Below, in pieces: positions 47,492 to 58,467 of a DNA stretch of 64,000 nt. The translations under genes were made by a program, and so were the position numbers. The stretch is from a virus (lineage: Duplodnaviria; Caudoviricetes): the IMG/VR virus record IMGVR_UViG_3300033073_001153, positions 160,001 through 224,000 of that record; one strand, given 5' to 3'. Position 1 is the first letter of the stretch; each line of letters begins with the position of its first letter. The notes beneath the pieces were generated by a model that was given only the letters and a program-made list of their open reading frames with translations, did not search any database and had not been told where the DNA came from.

Positions 47492-49591
47492 TTAACCATT
47501 TTCAGAATTAAATAATGGATCAACTATAGGATCTACTAAAGGATCAATAAAATCTTCGGTAAATACATCTTCTATATAATCTCCAGTATAACCAACCAAC
47601 GGAATATCTTCTATAATATCAGTATTTTCAGAATTTATTGTATAATATGAATCCAAATGATCGGTTCTGTATAAATCTTTTATAATAGAATTTCCAACAT
47701 TTTGTTCATTTTCTAAAGAAGCATAATCTAACATTTCAAAATTTGTATTATATACAGAAACTGTTTTATTATTTTGGATCATTATGAATGGTGTAACTTT
47801 TTCATCATCAAAAAGACCTATTCCTTTATCATTTAAATTTCCAAAAATTTGATGACCAAATTTTTTAGACCAATCATCGGATTTCATTTCAAATGTTATT
47901 GTGAATTCATGTGAATTGTTTATTCCTGTATAATTAGAAAACATATCATATGCATTTCCATCTAAAATGTATTCTATTTCATCTACATTTTTAGTAGTAG
48001 TTGCTATTTCTGCTTCGTTATGATTTTTTAAAATTAATCCATTTTGTATTAAACTTTTTTCTATACTAGAAACAATAGAATCTACATATTTGTTTCCAAT
48101 ACGATGATAAATATATTCAGTATTTGGTAAAATGGTCAAATCGCTTCGTTTATCAAAAAATGCAGTTCCATATAATGCCGCATGTCCTGTTTGTGGTGTA
48201 TTGTTATATTCTTCTTCCAAAGAATTATACACAAAAGGAACATCATAATATTCAGATGCTGATAATTTTTCGTGAAGTAATGTATATATAGGATCTACGT
48301 AATTAAAATTAAAAGAAGTAGACAATGCCGCAGCATATGATGTCTTTTCTGGATAATAATATCTATCTAACCAAGTAGATTCTCCATTTTTGTCTTTATG
48401 TAACCAAGAACACAAATAATGTCCACTTAAACTTCCTTTGTCTGTATCTTTTTGAAAGATTTTATCAGACATATATGGGTTTTCACCAGCAATAGATCCG
48501 GATTTATTCCATTTTAAATCATTTATATTAATTTTTTCATATGGATATAAACTTTCTGGTGATACAAATATAGTATATTTGTCAGTTTCAAATTTATAAT
48601 CTGCATTATAAAATTCATAACTTAAAGTGATTCCATAATCACCAGTTTCTTGATCGTTTCCTGTAAACAATCTTACATATTTTCTATTATCTACATTCGG
48701 AACACCGTCATTTGTTTTTTCTAAAAAATTAGAACGATAACTATAATCTTTATGTGTTTTTTGATTCTTTAAATTTAAAATATTTGCCTGTAAAGTATCT
48801 CCAGATACATAGCTATATTGAGTAGAAATTAAAAAATTATTTTCTAAATTATTAATACTCTTTTCTGGATTTATTTCATATGCATTTTTATGTGTAAAAT
48901 TATATGATACCCAAGATGTATTTAATTTTGGTGAAATTTTTTGAATGTAATAATTTACATTAAAATATTTTGTTTTAAAATTTTCTATATTATTATCAAA
49001 ACCTAAAGTATTTCCTAAATTGACAATTAATTTAGAATTCTTGAAAAGAGCAATTTTTTCATTTTCTTTATCAAGAATATAATTAAATACAGAATTTTCT
49101 GATGATAGTAATGAAAATTTTAATATTTGATTTTCATAATTTAAATAATATTTTATAAGTTCTTTAGATCTATGTGCTAAAATAGCACTCAATCCAGTAG
49201 AAAGTAATGTAATTTCAAAAATTCTATCTCTAGAATCTATAAATTTTTGATCTTTCGTAGTGAAATAATAAGATGTATCTCCTGCACTATTTGCTGAAAA
49301 TGTTAAAAATAAATTATTAGCATCAGAAATAGATGTATTAAATGATAAATTACCACTAACTTCAGTTAATTGTTCTATTTCTAAAATATCAGAGGCTTTT
49401 TGTTTATTTGTTAAATATAAAGCGGAATAATTATTAATTTTTCTATCAGAAATTTCTTTTAAATAATCTTCTTTAAAGAAAGTATATCCTTCTTCTGTTT
49501 TATCTTTTGTGCCAAAAAATTTAACATCAAGATCTCCTACATAAGAAGTTGATAGTGCTATAGAATTAGATGTTAAATCAGTAATCTCCAC
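47492..49591 (-). CDS. baseplate-associated structural protein (GTG start)
   Basis: 699-aa ORF; LamG-like FTITFEMKSDDW near the C-terminus. Confidence 0.6.
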   Translation of the reverse strand: MEITDLTSNSIALSTSYVGDLDVKFFGTKDKTEEGYTFFKEDYLKEISDRKINNYSALYLTNKQKASDILEIEQLTEVSGNLSFNTSISDANNLFLTFSANSAGDTSYYFTTKDQKFIDSRDRIFEITLLSTGLSAILAHRSKELIKYYLNYENQILKFSLLSSENSVFNYILDKENEKIALFKNSKLIVNLGNTLGFDNNIENFKTKYFNVNYYIQKISPKLNTSWVSYNFTHKNAYEINPEKSINNLENNFLISTQYSYVSGDTLQANILNLKNQKTHKDYSYRSNFLEKTNDGVPNVDNRKYVRLFTGNDQETGDYGITLSYEFYNADYKFETDKYTIFVSPESLYPYEKININDLKWNKSGSIAGENPYMSDKIFQKDTDKGSLSGHYLCSWLHKDKNGESTWLDRYYYPEKTSYAAALSTSFNFNYVDPIYTLLHEKLSASEYYDVPFVYNSLEEEYNNTPQTGHAALYGTAFFDKRSDLTILPNTEYIYHRIGNKYVDSIVSSIEKSLIQNGLILKNHNEAEIATTTKNVDEIEYILDGNAYDMFSNYTGINNSHEFTITFEMKSDDWSKKFGHQIFGNLNDKGIGLFDDEKVTPFIMIQNNKTVSVYNTNFEMLDYASLENEQNVGNSIIKDLYRTDHLDSYYTINSENTDIIEDIPLVGYTGDYIEDVFTEDFIDPLVDPIVDPLFNSENG

Positions 49592-49595
49592 TCAA

Positions 49596-50069
49596 TTATT
49601 TAATAATCAAGTTAAAATTATCACCTTTAGCTGTATCTATTATAGAAAAAATAGAATTTTGTGAATTATCTAAAAATTGAGCAGCACCTATTTCTAAAAC
49701 TTCATATTCAGAATAAAAAGATTCTTTTGCTATCTTAACTATTGCCTGATATTTAAACTGATTAAAATTAGAATAAGTTATGTATATTGTAGGATAATAT
49801 ACAATATAATAATTATTTAAATCTGGATAATATTTCCTTTTAAATACTTCGGATACTACTTTTCTATCGTCTCCAAAGGTAAATTCTTTAATTAAAAGTG
49901 GACTATCATCATTAAAATCAATTATAATTTTAGCTACAGAATATTCTCCTTCGGCTAATTGAGTTAAATCAAAAGAAATTTCCGTTTCTCCTTTAAAAAG
50001 TCTAATGTTTTCGACTTTTCCTCCTAAAGTTCCGTTATATTGTGCTCCTAATGTATAAATGGTATTCAT
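49596..50069 (-). CDS. structural protein
   Basis: 157-aa ORF, PKD-like IDFND. Confidence 0.6.
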   Translation of the reverse strand: MNTIYTLGAQYNGTLGGKVENIRLFKGETEISFDLTQLAEGEYSVAKIIIDFNDDSPLLIKEFTFGDDRKVVSEVFKRKYYPDLNNYYIVYYPTIYITYSNFNQFKYQAIVKIAKESFYSEYEVLEIGAAQFLDNSQNSIFSIIDTAKGDNFNLIIK

Positions 50070-50071
50070 TA

Positions 50072-52795
50072 TTATGAAAATGATAATATTCCGTTGTTAT
50101 AATTTAAAATTGCATTAGAATTTATGTCATTTAAACTGATTCCATTGTCATAAATACTAGGCTTATCGTAAAAATTTATTGTTTTGAATACTTCTGTTCC
50201 AGAAAAATTAAAGAATTTTATATCATGATCTAATATTTCAGAACCATTGTAAGTAAACTTAAACTGATATATATACCCAAATTCGTTTTCATCTTCAACA
50301 GTTGCCAACACACAATACATATTATTTCTAGAATTGTATGTTAATACTGGTTGGTTTATTCTAAAAATTTTAATATCATTTAAATTAGAATTATTTTGAT
50401 AAGAACTTAACTCTAAAATTGAAGTTATTTCAGTTTTATTACAATTAGTATAATCTATACTATATATTTTAGGAATTATGCAAAAATTATTAGATTCTCC
50501 GCTCAATACGCTGAGAGAAGCCACCATAGCATAATCTCTATTTTCAAAAATAAATGGATCTGATATATTATAAATAAACTTACTTATATATCCTGTAGAA
50601 AATGAATTGCTAGAAGTTCCAGAGTACACAAATTTATTATCTACGTAGTTTATTTTTTCAAAAATAATATTATTTTTTGTTCTAATCCAAATAAAATCAT
50701 TGAAAATGTTAAAATCTAATATTTCAGTAAAATCATCATCATATTTATTTTGAAATTGAACAGATAAACTCTCTAATAATGTGGAAACTTTTCCAGAAAC
50801 AACATCTCTGACATAAATCATTCCATATGAATGTTTTATATCATAAAAATTTTTACCATCATCAGAAACATTATCAGAAGATATCGTAAAACTATTAGAT
50901 AATAATTCTTTTATTTTAAAATGTGTTTGTGTTTCAAAATCAAATTCTTCATCACAAGTATCTGTTATCAATCCCCCATCAAATTCTTTATATTTTAAAG
51001 ATGATAATATATAATTATTATTAAATTCTGGTTTAAATCCTGTAGAAGTTCCACTCAAACCTCTTTCCATTATTCCTTTGTAATATCCGCCTACGCTTCC
51101 TTCTATTCCTATATTATAGTAATAATCAGACGCAAATACATTAGGATCTACCCATTTTTCATTTCCTATTGAAACTTTTTCCGGTAACGGACCATTTTGA
51201 AAAAATCTAATAGGTCCGCCATCATAATATTCACATACATCCACACTTAACGAATCATAAATTGTTGTATCAATTAAATTACGCTTAGATTTATCTTTAA
51301 ATAATCCATATTGATTTCCATATATATCAGTTCCCCATTTAACTAATATTCCTTTATCATATAATTCAGAAAAATTAGTTTTTAATCCTTCCTCGTTTGT
51401 ATTTAAATTATTATGTAACTGATTTTTAGAAAAATAACTATAAAAATCTTGTGTGAAAGGATTTGAATTTATATCTCCTTCTGCATAGAAAGTACTTTCA
51501 TTTTTAACAGATCTTGTATAATCACAAATATGTATTAAAGGATACTCAGAATCAAAAACTCTACTCAATCCAGAGGTATTACCGTATCTATCCGGATCTG
51601 GAAAAATATAAAGTTTATTTGGTTCTAATTTAGATTCATCTATTTTAAATTTTTTATCTGGAACTGAATAATAAAGAATGCTATTCTTTTCTGGTGTAAA
51701 AAATAAACCAATTCTTCGACACGATTGAAGATCAGATTCTTCTTCTATTGTTGCAGTTGTAGGAAAATGTCTATTAAGTAGATTACCAGAAGGATTTTCT
51801 GCCTCAAATAATATAGAAGAAGTAACATCAGTAATTGTACTTCCTGTTGTTATATAATAAAAATCACATCCAATATATTTTTTTATTAAAGCTCTTCTTA
51901 AAGTTACTAATCTTTCTGCTTTAGATTTATTACTTGTTACTAAGTCATAAAGCTTTTCGTCTGGTTTACAATCTAGATTTACTTTATTTAAATCATAATT
52001 AATAGTAAATATACGTCCTAATTCAGATAAGAAAACAATTACATTTTCAAACAATTGATTAGTAACTGCTTGATCAAAATTAATGAAAATATTAGCATCA
52101 ATTTCATTTAAGTTAGAAGAATAAAGTTTTTTTCTTAGTTCAGTTTTAACATCATATGTTTCGTATGATTCATTTGGATCATTATCTAAATAACTAGTAT
52201 ATAAATCATACAATTCTTCTACTTCAATGTTGAGATCTTTTAATAATTCTTCTTCGTTTACTAATTTTTGATAAGATCCTACTTCTAAAATATCAGAAAA
52301 CACCACATCAGTTACGGTTTCGTAAACTGCTTTTTCTAAACTTAATGGTATTCCCTTTATTTTATTCTTTTCTATTTTAAATTTTAATTTTTCTCTTTTT
52401 TGAGAATAAAAATCACAAACTTCTCTTATTTTTTTAGAATAAAAAGGAATTATAATATCTAGATCATATGGATCATTAAAATCTATATTAGAAAGAAACC
52501 GTTTTTCATCTAATGTGGAGTATTTTAGAGTTATATCTTTAAGTAAACTTAAATATCTTTCTTGTATAATATTATCAGTTTCTTCTTTTGTGTTATTTTT
52601 CTGTATATTCCATTGTTTTATGTAATCTACATACAAATCATTTAATTGTAATGGAGATAAATTTGCATTTATATTTTTTATAAAATCGAAAAAAGAAAAC
52701 GGAGCCATAGTGTCCAAATAATCTTGTCTAGGAGTATCTGGATTTATTATGGAATTTGTTGGCGTTATTTTCGAAAATATAAATGATTCCGACAC
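50072..52795 (-). CDS. large baseplate-region structural protein (GTG start)
   Basis: 907-aa ORF in the baseplate operon. Confidence 0.65.
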   Translation of the reverse strand: MSESFIFSKITPTNSIINPDTPRQDYLDTMAPFSFFDFIKNINANLSPLQLNDLYVDYIKQWNIQKNNTKEETDNIIQERYLSLLKDITLKYSTLDEKRFLSNIDFNDPYDLDIIIPFYSKKIREVCDFYSQKREKLKFKIEKNKIKGIPLSLEKAVYETVTDVVFSDILEVGSYQKLVNEEELLKDLNIEVEELYDLYTSYLDNDPNESYETYDVKTELRKKLYSSNLNEIDANIFINFDQAVTNQLFENVIVFLSELGRIFTINYDLNKVNLDCKPDEKLYDLVTSNKSKAERLVTLRRALIKKYIGCDFYYITTGSTITDVTSSILFEAENPSGNLLNRHFPTTATIEEESDLQSCRRIGLFFTPEKNSILYYSVPDKKFKIDESKLEPNKLYIFPDPDRYGNTSGLSRVFDSEYPLIHICDYTRSVKNESTFYAEGDINSNPFTQDFYSYFSKNQLHNNLNTNEEGLKTNFSELYDKGILVKWGTDIYGNQYGLFKDKSKRNLIDTTIYDSLSVDVCEYYDGGPIRFFQNGPLPEKVSIGNEKWVDPNVFASDYYYNIGIEGSVGGYYKGIMERGLSGTSTGFKPEFNNNYILSSLKYKEFDGGLITDTCDEEFDFETQTHFKIKELLSNSFTISSDNVSDDGKNFYDIKHSYGMIYVRDVVSGKVSTLLESLSVQFQNKYDDDFTEILDFNIFNDFIWIRTKNNIIFEKINYVDNKFVYSGTSSNSFSTGYISKFIYNISDPFIFENRDYAMVASLSVLSGESNNFCIIPKIYSIDYTNCNKTEITSILELSSYQNNSNLNDIKIFRINQPVLTYNSRNNMYCVLATVEDENEFGYIYQFKFTYNGSEILDHDIKFFNFSGTEVFKTINFYDKPSIYDNGISLNDINSNAILNYNNGILSFS

Positions 52796-52800
52796 ATCAA

Positions 52801-55800
52801 TTATTTAATGTTTTCAACTCCTTTTACTAAAGCAAAGGATATCATATCTTCTCTTATATTATTCCATTCTTCCACAGAAGAAATATATTCATTTATAGTA
52901 GTATCTCTATCAGCCCAATTTATAACTCCTTCTGTTTGAATAAAATTAGGAGTAGGAATGTACTGATAAAATATATAATATTTAGATATATCTTCTGGCT
53001 GATATGTATCAGGAAGCTGTAAACCCCATCCCCAATATGGATGATATGTACTTAATGCATATGTTTTATTAACAGGATCTATAAAATTTATATATTCAGT
53101 ACTTAATAACTTAGTGTTTAATAAAGTATAATTTTCGCTAAATTTTTCGTAAGCTATTATATCATACCCTCCAGCAGTTAAAGAAGCGGTCAAAACCGTA
53201 GTTAATAAATCTAATTCCAACCCCTTATTATATCCATATATTACTTCTCCACCATTTTTAATAATTTCTTGATTGTAATATCCTCTATCATTAAAATTTT
53301 GTGTGAAATAATCACGACTTCCTTTTAATTTTGTAAAAGGTATAGAAAAAATATCAACCAACCGTCCAACTTTTGCAGGAAAATTAAATTGTTCTCCGCT
53401 ATATGATAAAAATTCTTCATCAAGCATTTCATGCATAGATTTTAATGCTCTGATGTTACAAGAATCAATACTATTAATATTACTGCAAAAATTTGCTATT
53501 TTTTCATAAACACTTTTTCCTAAATCTGTCGGTTCTGACGATAAAGTTCCCAAAGATTCACCAATAAATTCAAATACTTTATTAGATTCCAACAAATAAT
53601 CCTGAAAACGATAAGAAATTAATTGATTTTTAGGATCAAAATTTTCATTTACTTTTCTTATATCATATTTTCCGTCATCTTTGTCATAAATAGTAAATTT
53701 ATTACTTTTCCCCGTTACTTTATTAGTTTGAGCAAGTATATGACAATATTTGTTTATGTGTCTAAATCCATTCCAATCTCCATATCCATTTATTTTATCT
53801 TGAATACGATTTGGATCGTATGATCCAATTTTTAAAAAATCTACATAATTAGATACAAATCCATATGTATCAATATCAGCATTAAAATAATGCAATTTTC
53901 TATTAACATTATCAATAACTAAAATATTATTATCAGTAGTAGCCGCAATACCTTCTAAATCACTTATATAATTAGAAGATAAATCAGAAGAATTAGACTG
54001 TAAATAAAAATTTTGAAATGTATCAAATGTGGTATTTATTCTTACTACTTCGTTTCTGTTTCTTGTAGCCCAAATGTTTTCCATCGGATCTACTGTGATA
54101 TTCCACAAACTTCCACTTATAGAATAATATGTAATATCAGAACCATCACTGCTTATTTTAACAATTTTGTCATTTTTAGTACTTAATACTTCTGAATGTG
54201 TTGTATTATCTTTGATAATGCACCAAGCATTTCCTTTTAAATCTGTAACTAATTCAGTATTTTGATAAGATGGAGAAAATACTTTACAAAATAAGAAATT
54301 TCCATTTATATCATATTTTTCAACGAATGCAGATAATTGATTAGAATAAGAAACCCAAACATTATTTTGTTTATCTGTATCTACAGAAGCAGGTGTGACT
54401 GTATTTTCATAATCTACTACTCTATTTGCTAAAGAAGGTGTTATAACCTTGTCAACTAAATTAGATATATTATTAATTCTAATAGTACTTATAGAATCAT
54501 AAAGAGTTACCCAAACATTTCCAAATTTATCGCTACAAATATTAGAAGGCGAAGAATTTTCTGGTATATCAAATTTATCATAAACCACCTTCATTGTACT
54601 TGGTATTAATTTTACAATCTTTTGCCTGTCTCCATCAACAACCCATGCAAATGCCTCTTCTGAAGCGTCTGGGCGGCGTCTTGTGGTGACACAAGATGTA
54701 TAAATACCAGACAAACCGGGAATGTCATATACTTTATCTTCTAAAGTTTTTTTAGTTTTATCTGTAGGATCTATTTGAACTGTTAAATTATGAACCTTTT
54801 CAAATTGAGGTTGTCCTATAATACCGTAAGAAGTGTTTACAATGTATAATTCATCTCTATCAAACGCAACTTCCCCATATATATGAACATTTTCTTGAAT
54901 ATTAGGAGAAATTAAATATCCTTTGAAATAACCTCCGAATTCTTCAGATGATAAAATTCCATAATTTGAATAAAACTCTACATTTGATATTTTTTGATTT
55001 CTTTCATCTCTCAATTCTAAATATATTTGTCCTGCTAAAATATCAGGAGAATTAGTCAATTTAAATGTAGGAGCATATTTCGAATTTGTTACTACATTAT
55101 CTTCGTTGACATCTTTTACACGAACAACAAAAGGAATTTTAGTATCTGTTCTTTTTTGTGTGTTAATATCAAATGTGTGTATTCTATTTCCTTCTCCATC
55201 TGAATCTATGCCATTAGAAGTAATGGTCAAATGACTTGGATTTAATTGTTGAATTAAGACAGAAAATGAATTAGAATCGGATATATCATTTAAAATTGAA
55301 TATTGTGATTCTTTATAATCGTCACTTATTTTAAATTTTGATGTATCAAATGATGTATAAATTGTAGCAGCAACACTTTCATACATATTATCGACTAACT
55401 TTGGAACATCATCTATATAATAAAATAATTTTCTACCAGAAGTTCCTACAAAACAAGATCCTGAATCATTTTTATTACAAAAAATTAACTTATTATTAAA
55501 AAGTTTAACATATAGTTCCGTATTGTCTTCTGTTTTTAATGAATTTACTGGAGTTCTTTCTTCTTTTTCTGTAATGGTGTTCAAAACCATTGTTTCAAAC
55601 CTAGAAGATGGTTTCAAATGTCCCCATTTATCTTTATCATATTTATTTTTATCTAAAAGGGGTGCATTATTTCCACTAACATTTAAATTTATAGTATATC
55701 CATAACTAGATAATATTGGATAACTTTGCCAACTGTTAAAACGATAAACAACGAATGGATTCTGTAACGTACCTGCTTCTGTTTTGTTATTAAAACCAGA

Positions 55801-56124
55801 TAAAACCAAGGTATCCGATACAAAATCTTTAACTAAAATAGATTGTGAAAAAGAAGACTCATATCCATTACCATTTTTTCCTAAAACATAACATTTAACA
55901 TTATACCAATTAGGATATTTAAAATTGTGTACTGCTGTTACTGATTCTGATGTAGTCCCATCACCAAAATCCCATAAAATTCTATATTTAGAATAATCAA
56001 TACTAGTTCCATCATCAAATACAGGAATAAATGTAAATGGAGTTATAGGTAACGTATATCCACTAGTAGTATAAGTTCCAGTATGATCTAATGTATAAAA
56101 ATATATGTACCTAGAATCTTCCAT
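52801..56124 (-). CDS. PKD domain + Vgb-like beta-propeller baseplate protein (possibly gp7-like)
   Basis: WDFGDGT; DKFGNVWVT, DKQNNVWVS, DLKGNAW repeats; follows the gp6-like gene. Confidence 0.7.
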   Translation of the reverse strand: MEDSRYIYFYTLDHTGTYTTSGYTLPITPFTFIPVFDDGTSIDYSKYRILWDFGDGTTSESVTAVHNFKYPNWYNVKCYVLGKNGNGYESSFSQSILVKDFVSDTLVLSGFNNKTEAGTLQNPFVVYRFNSWQSYPILSSYGYTINLNVSGNNAPLLDKNKYDKDKWGHLKPSSRFETMVLNTITEKEERTPVNSLKTEDNTELYVKLFNNKLIFCNKNDSGSCFVGTSGRKLFYYIDDVPKLVDNMYESVAATIYTSFDTSKFKISDDYKESQYSILNDISDSNSFSVLIQQLNPSHLTITSNGIDSDGEGNRIHTFDINTQKRTDTKIPFVVRVKDVNEDNVVTNSKYAPTFKLTNSPDILAGQIYLELRDERNQKISNVEFYSNYGILSSEEFGGYFKGYLISPNIQENVHIYGEVAFDRDELYIVNTSYGIIGQPQFEKVHNLTVQIDPTDKTKKTLEDKVYDIPGLSGIYTSCVTTRRRPDASEEAFAWVVDGDRQKIVKLIPSTMKVVYDKFDIPENSSPSNICSDKFGNVWVTLYDSISTIRINNISNLVDKVITPSLANRVVDYENTVTPASVDTDKQNNVWVSYSNQLSAFVEKYDINGNFLFCKVFSPSYQNTELVTDLKGNAWCIIKDNTTHSEVLSTKNDKIVKISSDGSDITYYSISGSLWNITVDPMENIWATRNRNEVVRINTTFDTFQNFYLQSNSSDLSSNYISDLEGIAATTDNNILVIDNVNRKLHYFNADIDTYGFVSNYVDFLKIGSYDPNRIQDKINGYGDWNGFRHINKYCHILAQTNKVTGKSNKFTIYDKDDGKYDIRKVNENFDPKNQLISYRFQDYLLESNKVFEFIGESLGTLSSEPTDLGKSVYEKIANFCSNINSIDSCNIRALKSMHEMLDEEFLSYSGEQFNFPAKVGRLVDIFSIPFTKLKGSRDYFTQNFNDRGYYNQEIIKNGGEVIYGYNKGLELDLLTTVLTASLTAGGYDIIAYEKFSENYTLLNTKLLSTEYINFIDPVNKTYALSTYHPYWGWGLQLPDTYQPEDISKYYIFYQYIPTPNFIQTEGVINWADRDTTINEYISSVEEWNNIREDMISFALVKGVENIK

Positions 56125-56125
56125 T

Positions 56126-57952
56126 TTAAATCACCTCTATTTTGTTAATCAAATTTGAAATTTCATAAAAGAAAGGAAATTCGAAAAATTTTAATGTTAT
56201 ATTTTGTCCCAATGAAGTTACAGGAGAACTAGTATATAAGGGATTCCAATAGATAAAATTTAATTTAGATACTTTATATTCTAATGAATTTACAGTTCGT
56301 ACAGTTTCTAATGATTTGACTCCTGTTAAATTTAATATATCAAAACTTAACTGGGATAAATCCAAAAATTGACCTAATTCGTTATTACTTTGTGAAAAAA
56401 AGTTTATTATATAAGAAGCCACAGAACCTTTTATTTGTTCTTTCGAAATAATTTCATTTGGATCTCTAGTTATTCTTATCTTTGTTTCTTTTCTTATGTC
56501 TGGTGTTACTTCAGTTTCACTCAAAGCAGGCAATCCAATATCAAATGCTATATAAATAGGATCAGAAATAACTACATTTTGATTCACCATTTTAACAGTG
56601 TTTAATTTATTAATAATAGATTGCTTTTGTGCAAAAAATAAATCTACTGGAGTTGTTTCATTTACAATAGCACCCAATCTAGGAACACAAAATAGATAAA
56701 CATTATTAAAATCACATGCATCATTAAAAGAAACTTGATTAAACAATAATTTATCGTCTAAATTAGGACGTTCTAAACCTAAATCATAAAAATAAGCCAA
56801 ATATTGAGAAGTATAATCTTTATTAGAGACTGCTTTTACACTTTGAATTATATTTGAGAAGTTCTTATCAACAAATGATTCATAATCATATGTAGTAACT
56901 GCACGATTTTGAGAAGAAAATGTTAAAGGTGCATTTTTTCTAATATTTTCTACACTTTCTATAAAAGTAGCAGGAACTGATTCGTATTGATTATCAAATT
57001 TTAATTTTAAAATATCATTAGCAGTTATATAATTTGAATTTTCGTTTTTTATATTTTCAAAAATTTCAGAAAACAAAGGAGTATTAAACAATATCATTTT
57101 TCCTGCTTTTGAAGCATTTGTTCCGACAACTCCACGTCTTCCGTCACTTTCTAGATAATATATAGAAACGTAATCACCTTTGTTTAATTTTTTCCCATTA
57201 ATATCATTTCCAAATTTAATTTCATAATGACCATACTCATTTAAACGCTTTTCAAATACTTTTGAAATGCTATTTGCAATATATAATGTATTAACTTCTT
57301 TCCATTCAGACCATTTTTCTGTATTAACATCTCTTACAAATACAAATATATTGTTATAATCCACCATCTTGTAAGAAACATCACCAGAATAATCTATATT
57401 GACTGTGAATTGTTCGAAATTTTCACCAATTCCAACATAAATCGGATATTCCCTAAATATTCCCTGATATAAAAGATTATTAGTTCCTATAGAATCTATT
57501 AATTCTTCGGTTGTGGTTGTTTTTTGGAAGTTAATGTCAGTATTAAAAGAATACGGAACATTTCCTAATATAATATTAGAAAATCTAGGTATTGTGTAAG
57601 AATATCCATAAGCTAATGAAGCTTCTGCACTTACAGAAACATTTAAACTAGCCGTACAATTTCCCGTTGGCTTGTATCCTATCAAAGATACGATTTTATT
57701 CATGTTTTCAAATAATTCAGCTTGTGAAAACATCGAATCTGATGCAGTTTGATTCAAATAAAATAATAAAACATGATAAGAATAAGCAATAACATCAACT
57801 AAACCATTCATGTTGCTTCCTTCATAATCTATGTCAGGAAACAAACCACTACTTTTAATACGATTTGTTATTAATTGTTTTAAACTAACCGCATCAAATG
57901 CTGCATAAGCATTTCTTGGTAAATTAAATTCTGTGAAAGTTGAAGTACTCAT
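56126..57952 (-). CDS. gp6: baseplate wedge subunit, T4 gp6-like
   Basis: DYEGSN...IGYKP...YEIKFGND...ESVENIRKNAP...QNRAVTTYDY. Confidence 0.9.
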   Translation of the reverse strand: MSTSTFTEFNLPRNAYAAFDAVSLKQLITNRIKSSGLFPDIDYEGSNMNGLVDVIAYSYHVLLFYLNQTASDSMFSQAELFENMNKIVSLIGYKPTGNCTASLNVSVSAEASLAYGYSYTIPRFSNIILGNVPYSFNTDINFQKTTTTEELIDSIGTNNLLYQGIFREYPIYVGIGENFEQFTVNIDYSGDVSYKMVDYNNIFVFVRDVNTEKWSEWKEVNTLYIANSISKVFEKRLNEYGHYEIKFGNDINGKKLNKGDYVSIYYLESDGRRGVVGTNASKAGKMILFNTPLFSEIFENIKNENSNYITANDILKLKFDNQYESVPATFIESVENIRKNAPLTFSSQNRAVTTYDYESFVDKNFSNIIQSVKAVSNKDYTSQYLAYFYDLGLERPNLDDKLLFNQVSFNDACDFNNVYLFCVPRLGAIVNETTPVDLFFAQKQSIINKLNTVKMVNQNVVISDPIYIAFDIGLPALSETEVTPDIRKETKIRITRDPNEIISKEQIKGSVASYIINFFSQSNNELGQFLDLSQLSFDILNLTGVKSLETVRTVNSLEYKVSKLNFIYWNPLYTSSPVTSLGQNITLKFFEFPFFYEISNLINKIEVI

Positions 57953-57955
57953 GTT

Positions 57956-58435
57956 TTAGTTCCTAAATATATATCCATTACGGCTCAATGTACCAAACAT
58001 AGATATGTTATGTATATTTAGAGTTGGTACGTTATAGTAAATGTTAATATCAAATTCATTTACATCTTCTAAAATAGTTATATTAACATTTACTATTTTA
58101 ACTCTTGGTTCAAATCTAGCAACTTGTGAATATATTTCATCTCTTATGTATTTTGCTATATCAACCGTAGCTGGAATGAACAAATATTGTTTAAAATCCA
58201 ATCCATATTCAGGATTTAATATCTTTTCGCCCGGAGTAGTTGTAAAAAGATTATATAAAGAATTTTTTATCGCATCTATATCATAATCTACTTTGAAATC
58301 GTTAATTTCTCTGTTTTCAAATAAGTTAGAAGATATATTATACTTTTCTTGTAAATCTAAATGAAGATCGGCATATAAATATGTCTTACCAGCATTACTT
58401 TTTTGTGGTAATCTATTTAATATTATCTTTCCCAT
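57956..58435 (-). CDS. gp25: baseplate wedge subunit, T4 gp25-like
   Basis: AIKNSLYNLFTTTPGEKILNPEYG...FEPRV. Confidence 0.9.
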   Translation of the reverse strand: MGKIILNRLPQKSNAGKTYLYADLHLDLQEKYNISSNLFENREINDFKVDYDIDAIKNSLYNLFTTTPGEKILNPEYGLDFKQYLFIPATVDIAKYIRDEIYSQVARFEPRVKIVNVNITILEDVNEFDINIYYNVPTLNIHNISMFGTLSRNGYIFRN

Positions 58436-58467
58436 TAAAATATTTAATGATAGGACTAAATATTCTT

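Noticed and set aside
47456-47494. Stop readthrough joining the two in-frame baseplate ORFs
   Set aside because: Two TAA codons lie in frame
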